Assembly (NCBI GenBank): GCA_026770705.1 | Contig: JANJGN010000018.1 | Coordinates: forward strand, 40,362,001-40,426,000 | Source of the DNA: Isurus oxyrinchus | Taxonomy: Eukaryota | Length of the DNA: 64,000 nucleotides | Direction: 5' to 3' | Part shown: positions 63,591 through 64,000 of the stretch, one piece after another | How the letters are laid out: the number at the start of each line of letters is the position of its first letter | Numbering within the stretch: the first letter of the stretch is position 1 | Position numbers and translations under genes: made by a program | Notes under the pieces: model-generated | Told to the model about the DNA's origin: nothing | Seen by the model: the letters and a program-made list of their open reading frames with translations, nothing else | Databases searched by the model: none

Positions 63591-64000
63591 AAGAAGGAGA
63601 GATGGAAGAAGAAAGAAAGAGCTGTTCATGTCTTCCAGCCATCCTGCTCAGCCTGGACTGATATTTGCTACTTGTCATAGTCACATACTTTTGCTGTATA
63701 ACTAATGTGTTATATCTTAAACTCAACAAACCCACCATACCACTTCCAGTCAATCCTGATTGATTAGATAATTGATAACATCAACAAACTAGAAAGCTTA
63801 AAATTGGTACAGAGTACTCTGCATGGTTTCAACCTCCAAATTACTGGTACGATGTTGAGATAGTAGAGAGGGTGAAGCGCACATTCACTATAATGCTGCC
63901 AGGTATGAGAAAATACAACGAGGGGAGAACTGGCGATCTGGGAAATAGTGACATTTCCCAGGTTCCCCCATTCCATAACCGAGTCCTGTGTCCTTCTGAA

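Larger units (their letters stand above)
61219..64000 (+). repeat. Segmental duplication copy B, running off the window
   Basis: Paralogue of copy A. Carries its own LTR (61744-62870) and RTE-like (about 63370-63590) insertions. Confidence 0.85.

Noticed and set aside
1-64000. CRISPR arrays, rRNA genes, bacterial or viral inserts, retroviral env
   Set aside because: No regularly spaced repeats, rRNA signatures, prokaryotic gene organisation or env-like ORF were seen.

Overview
Vertebrate genomic DNA, most likely a shark or other cartilaginous fish (inferred from the tRNA-head/CR1-tail SINEs, CR1 LINEs, Penelope-like elements and Harbinger families). The window is mostly nested transposable-element remnants. 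One intact host gene was assembled by hand on the minus strand: a B7-family, VTCN1/B7-H4-like immunoglobulin gene. Its coding exons are 50273-50292, 45620-45663, 40658-40999, 33324-33608 and 27170-27270 (792 nt, 263 aa: signal peptide, IgV, IgC, short hydrophobic GPI-signal-like tail). A second in-frame acceptor (27020-27072) would give a secreted form. TE content: a 5'-truncated Tx1/L1-clade LINE with a 20-bp TSD inside a Harbinger Myb/SANT ORF; about a dozen PIF/Harbinger-related insertions (one decayed two-gene element, two Myb-only derivatives sharing an unknown cargo, hairpin-rich MITEs); two Gypsy elements (one with its 3' LTR split into four pieces, one with RT replaced by a coiled-coil-coding segment); solo LTRs; several CR1-group LINEs; an inverted Penelope dimer; and a roughly 2-kb segmental duplication between intron 1 and the window end. 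Exon and TSD coordinates were counted base by base. Most other TE boundaries are approximate (about +/-20 bp). No database searches or alignment programs were run.
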